Assembly (NCBI GenBank): GCA_002104905.1
Contig: MCFE01000700.1
Location: forward strand, 1-44,029
From: Basidiobolus meristosporus CBS 931.73
Lineage: Eukaryota; Fungi; Basidiobolomycota
DNA: 44,029 nucleotides
Reading direction: 5' to 3'
In this document: positions 42,151 through 44,029 of the stretch, piece by piece
Layout of the letters: each line of letters begins with the position of its first letter
Position numbering within the stretch: position 1 is the stretch's first letter
Translations under genes and position numbers: made by a program
Notes under the pieces: generated by a model
Databases searched by the model: none
Told to the model about the DNA's origin: nothing
What the model saw: only the letters and a program-made list of their open reading frames with translations

Positions 42151-44029
42151 TGTTGTAAGAATCATGGAGATATTGCAAGTCATTGGGAGAACAAGTAGAT
42201 TATGTGGTTTTCACTTAATGATTTATTGAATGTAAAAGTAGTATTTATACTTTTACCTGGTCTTGGCATTATAAACACGTAGAATAGGTTAAGGAAGGTC
42301 CTAAGAACATGTGTGCAAAGTTTGGGGCTGTTTCGACAACTTTGAGATTTTTCATGTTCTGGGTACCTGGTATTTTGGTGAAAATATTCTAAGTAAATCC
42401 CAACAAGGAATTTGGTCAGTATTCTCTAGGATTTGAAGGTGATGATCTAAGTGACTAAGTTAGGTGAGTATTTAGGTGGAATTACAAATTTTACAACACT
42501 CCCACTCAGCTAAATGTTCATACTGACTAGTCCTAATTTTGACCTAAGATATTCAAACTTGTCTCTAGCTAATGGTTTGGTAAATATGTCTGCAATCATT
42601 TCATCTGTAGGACAGTAAACTAAGCTAACTAAGTTATTCTCTATAGCTTCATGTATGAAATGATGTCTAATATTTATGTGATTGGTTCTAGCATGAAAAG
42701 TTGGATTTCTACCTAATTGTATACATCCTTGATTATCTTGAATTAAAGTAATAGTTGTTTTTTGACTTAGGCCTAAATCTGTAAAGAGTTTTCTTAACCA
42801 CATTGCTTCTTTTGTAGCTTCACAGGCTGCCATATACTCTGCCTCTGTAGTAAAAAGTGCTATGGTTAGTTGCTTTCTTGAATTCCATGAAATTGCTCCT
42901 TTACAGTAAAGAAAGGTGTATCCTGTAGTGGATCTTCTGTCTACCAAATTTTGTCCCCAATCAGCATCAGAGTATCCCACAAGGTCCTGTTCTGAATCCT
43001 TAAAAGTGTATCTTAAGCAGATATCAGCAGTTCCTTTTAGGTATCTAAAAATCCACTTAACTGCTGCAATATGATCAGATCCATAGTTCTGATTATGTTG
43101 GCTGACAACTCCCACTGAATATGAGAAATCTGGACGTGTTCCAAGCATGATATACATCAGACTGACAACCATCAATTGATAAGGAAAGTCAGGGCTTTCA
43201 GATGGCACCAAGCTCTCTTGATTTGGTTGGGTTTTGACCAAGTTAAGGTTTGTCTCCATTGGGGTAGCTGCCAGTTTACAGTCTTCCATTTGGTACTTCT
43301 TTAGTATATCTTGAATATACTTGGATTGGCTTAGGGTGATAGTCTGGGTACTTCTGTCTATGGAGAACTTAATCCCTAAGTAGCAATTAAGTTCTCCTAA
43401 ATCAGACATCTTGAACTCCTTAGATAGGCTTGATTTAGTCTCTTCCAATGTTTCTGGGTTATTGGCAGCTATAATAAGATCATCCACATATAGAGCTAAT
43501 AGAACTGGATTTGCTCTATCTGGCTTATAGTATATACTATAGTCAGCATTACTTCTTTTGAAACTCAAGGATTCCAAATAAGAATCTATCTTGCAATTCC
43601 AAGCTCTTCGTGATTGTTTGAGACCATTTAGTGACTTTTTAAGCTTGCAGACCAAATGGGGGGTTATCTTGGTCAGCAAACCCATCAGGCTGGTCCATAT
43701 ACACATCCTCATCAAGTTCTCCATTCAGAAATGCAGTTTTTACATCCTTTTGATGAATAAAAAACTTATATTTGGCTGCAATAGCCAATATTAATCTGAT
43801 GGAATTAAACTTGACTACCGGTGCAAAGGTCTCAGTATAGTCAAGTCCTTTTGTTGGAGAGTATCCTTTGGCTACAAGTCTTACTTTGTATCTTTCAATT
43901 GTGCCATCAGCCTTGTATTTTGTCTTGAAGACCCATCTGCATACAATTGATTTTTGGTTTGATTGGTAATTTGACTAAGTCCCAAGTTTGATCTTCCATC
44001 AGGGCCTGATATTCCTCAGTCATTGCAGA
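42151..44029 (-). mobile_element. Ty1/copia family B, copy 3 (RT-RNase H-PPT-3' LTR), abutting gag of copy 2; continues beyond the window
   Basis: LTR 42151-42498 and PPT CTCCCACTC (GAGTGGGAG) at 42499-42507. ORF 42510..43724 has LYVDDLII, GYSDADWG, EAEYMA and QDNQGCI...ADIFTKPL. Confidence 0.95.

Noticed and set aside
1-44029. Prokaryotic or phage system, host genes, tRNA or rRNA genes; the many short ORFs in the track
   Set aside because: All recognisable coding motifs belong to eukaryotic TEs. The short ORFs are off-frame or antisense shadows of TE pseudogenes, many with non-ATG starts. No tRNA or rRNA structure was recognised.
1-44029. Classical Neurospora-type RIP (CpA to TpA) as the main mutational process
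   Set aside because: CA and TG remain abundant while CG is nearly absent, and the diagnostic differences between copies are mostly at CpG. A minor non-CpG component is not excluded.

Overview
The whole 44 kb window is a nested graveyard of decayed eukaryotic transposable elements. The element families look fungal, but the host cannot be named from sequence alone. I found no host gene, RNA gene or CRISPR array. Contents: (i) at least 8 full or partial copies of one CACTA/EnSpm (CMC)-type DNA transposon family, with 13-bp CCCTATGAAAAAT TIRs, a Tnp2/DUF4218-type transposase and a head-to-head unknown ORF2; one structurally complete copy spans 3260-10433; (ii) a near-complete Ty3/gypsy element (21130-27510), a solo LTR (8816-9882) and an inverted LTR fragment (37326-38094); (iii) two Ty1/copia families (14871-17870, and three copies plus a remnant between 32189 and 44029); (iv) a solo LTR of an unassigned family (35124-36405); (v) a foldback/MITE family with AGACTTGTTC termini and 3-bp AWT target duplications (two 734-bp copies, one 666-bp, one 211-bp relative and one remnant). 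Every coding region is broken by stops or frameshifts, and CpG is almost absent. The best leads are the two-gene CACTA family with its unknown ORF2, the AWT-TSD foldback family with copy-specific matched arms, heat-shock-element motifs in two unrelated LTRs, and a gypsy LTR apparently split by an inversion. All alignments and coordinates were done by eye. Internal junctions may be off by a few to tens of bases.
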